Source: Mobula hypostoma
Taxonomy: Eukaryota
Direction of reading: 5' to 3'
DNA length: 64,000 nt
NCBI RefSeq assembly: GCF_963921235.1
Contig: NC_086097.1
Span: 82,276,001-82,340,000 of the forward strand
Of the stretch, positions 61,550 through 64,000 are shown piece by piece; position 1 is the first letter of the stretch, and each line of letters starts with the position of its first letter. The notes below the pieces were generated by a model. The model made no database searches, was not told the origin of the DNA, and saw nothing but the letters and a program-made list of their open reading frames with translations. The position numbers were made by a program, and so were the translations under genes.

Positions 61550-62800
61550 CTGCTGGTTTCCTGGACGTGACCTGCATTGGACTCTGTTTTGCCTCCTTGT
61601 TTTGGAATCTTATGGCTTGTTCTTCATGTTGCTACTCTTAACCTGCCCGCTATGTGGAGTGCACCAATGCTGCTATGGAACTTTAACTCTAGCTAGCTCT
61701 GCTTTGAAGTACATTGATAACGTGATGCTTTTTATACCATGGCTTCACTGTTTCTCTTGCCATTTCTTGATCCTCAGAAGAGGAGAGGTCATTATTATTC
61801 GAGACTCCAGGAATCTCCTGCTGCCTGTGACACCATGAATATTGACATACGTGGACTTCCAAAGTTTCCTTTTTCCATCCCTTGCTGTCCTTCTCCACCT
61901 TTGGCTGCTTTCATCTTCTTTGCAGTATGTGGCTGGGTTCCAGTGATTGTCAAGGGCTCATTATTTCTCTTATTCCAGGTCGTGCTCCTCTTCAGTGTGG
62001 CTTTCAGGTTGGCTGGCAGAGGAGGCTGGAATTCTGGAGTTGGAGCAGCTGCCATCCTTCTGTTATAGCATGTCCTCTCATCTCTCCGCCTGAGCGTATC
62101 TGCACGTGTGGTCTTGAGTAGATTTTGCAGAGGTGACCCTTTCCACACAAGTTGTAGCCTCTGGCCTCCTGACATTCAACATCTGGCAGCCAGCCTTCTT
62201 GCAGTGCTGGCAGACCTCTGCTTTACGCAGCCCTTTCGTTCTCTAGTTTGCTACACGTTGAGCTCATCGTTGGTTATCACAGATAAATACCATATACCCA
62301 GGGCTCGTGCTGATTGAGTTGCATGAGGACAGGTGGATCACGGTCCTGTCCTTGTCTGTCATAGGTTCACCTTGATACATCATCCACTAGTTCAGATACC
62401 ATGGATATCTTCAATGGCAAAACTCATTTCTGCTCTATCCATGTATCATTTCAAGATCATGTTATCTTCCAAAGTTGCCGCATAAGGATTAAGCATCAGC
62501 TTTTGTGCTTTCTCATGTGGAGAAGAGTGAGTGGGAAAGGCTCTCCAGTGAAGGGTGACAAAGATGCTTCTTTTCTCTTGTCCTTCACAATCTTTAGGCA
62601 TCCCCTGACTTTATATCCACTGAGTAAAGTGTTACAAGGCAAAGAAAGCTTTTAGTTTGAAGCTGTGCCCCTTGAGTTTCTTCTTTGCAACCATATTTTG
62701 CCCCATGGCCCATCTGCTCCCCAAAGCTCCATGTGCAGCTGCAAGGTGCCCACAGCCTGAGCCAGGTTCTTCACATGATTGTAGCCTTATAACTGTTACA
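61550..62800 (-). mobile_element. Possible heavily decayed RTE-like LINE
   Basis: Only weak peptide resemblance by eye; no clean motif. Confidence 0.3.
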
Positions 62801-63199
62801 AGAAGCAAGCTATCATTGTTGGGGGACAAAGTTTTAGTTCAGTCATTAATTAGCATTGAGATTTTGGTAGACAACAGCAAATAATATGGGCTGAAAGAAC
62901 AACAGGAAGCTGCTGAACTCTCAGCACATACCCACAGGCCCATTCACAAAAAGAACTTTGTGACACAATGCAAGGTTATTATCATTTTGTACAAGGAATA
63001 CAGGCATCTTCTTTTCCCATTCATCAATATTTTCTGTATAAAATTTGTTTTTCTTATCTTGTGCGATGTAAAACTAAGATCTTACCTGTCATGTCAGGCA
63101 GTGTTCTGGTCAATACACATCCCTCCAAAAAGCAGAAATAGATTATCAGATCTTTATCAGATTGCTGTTTTTAAGAACAAACAGCTCACTTGAATTTCA

Positions 63200-63765
63200 G
63201 GCCAGTGAAAGGGTCTGGGTGAAAAGGGTGACTGATCAAGAGACCAGTTCAGTGCGGACCAGTAATAACATCTCCTTCTCACTGCCACACCTCAAGGACG
63301 TGTGCTTAGCCCACGACTCAACTTTCTCAACGATCATGACTGTGTGCCTTAAAGCTCGAGTGCCATATATAAAGTTGCAAATGTTGTTGGCAGAATCTGA
63401 GATGATAATGAAGAGGCATACAGACGCGAAATAGATTGGCTGGTTGAGTGTTGTCGTAATGACAACCTTGCACTCAATGTCAGCGAGACCAAGAAATTGA
63501 TTGTAGACATCAGGAAGGGGAAGTCCTGAAATGGCCAGTATTGAAGCTGGTGACACCAGCCTCCCACCACCAAGGACATCTTCAAAGGGCCATGTGTCAA
63601 GAAGGCAGCATTCATCATTAAGGACCTTCACCATCCCAGACATCCCTGATTACTACCATCAGGGAAGTACTGGAGCCAGAAGACCAACACTCACCGCTTT
63701 AGGAACAGCTTCTTTGCCTTTGCCATCAGGTTTCTGAACAGTCTATGAACACTACTTCACTATTG
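63200..63765 (+). mobile_element. Degenerate Rex1/Babar LINE fragment
   Basis: Homologous to 11740-12570: CACCTCAAGGACGTGTGCTTAGCCCAC, AAGAAATTGATTGTAGAC, AGGAACAGCTTCTT. Confidence 0.75.
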
Positions 63766-63783
63766 CTCTGTTTGTTCAGTATA

Positions 63784-64000
63784 CACCCAGTGGCCACTTT
63801 ATTAGGTACACCTGTACACCTGCTCAATAATTCAAATATCTAATCAGCCAAATGTGGCAGCAACTTTGTGTGTAGGCGCACACAGACATGGCCAAGAGGT
63901 TCAGTTGCTATTCAGAGCAAACACCAGAATGGGGAAGAGAAGTGACCTAAGGGACTCTGACCATGGAATAATTGTTGGTGCCAGACTGGGTGGTTTGAGT
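63784..64000 (+). mobile_element. Left end of a Tc1-like element, runs off the right window edge
   Basis: TA|CACCCAGTGGCCACTTTATTAGGTACACC terminus. The last bases encode DLRDSDHGIIVGARLGGLS, a Tc1 transposase N-terminus. Confidence 0.7.

Overview
Repeat-dense vertebrate genomic DNA. The repeat families (CR1, Rex1/Babar, V-SINE, Penelope ends) suggest a cartilaginous fish such as a ray; this is inference. The only host gene I can support is the first coding exon of RAB15 (24041-24164, +) in a CpG-rich promoter, and I found no exon 2 in the following ~39.8 kb. Almost all other long ORFs belong to transposable elements: three near-identical young CR1 LINEs, Rex1/Babar and Tx1 remnants, a Tc1 element, a Buster-type hAT, a Chapaev3-like remnant, an R2-like remnant and a complete but pol-deleted Gmr1-type Gypsy LTR element with an open SCAN-domain gag-protease ORF. 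The most notable non-obvious signals are (i) minimal hammerhead ribozyme motifs in Penelope-like termini, two of them on the sense strand of the RAB15 intron, and (ii) a palindromic hAT-type MITE family whose two copies share arms but carry different cargo derived from other transposons. I see no prokaryotic-type system or CRISPR array. All family calls and identities come from reading by eye, not from database searches.
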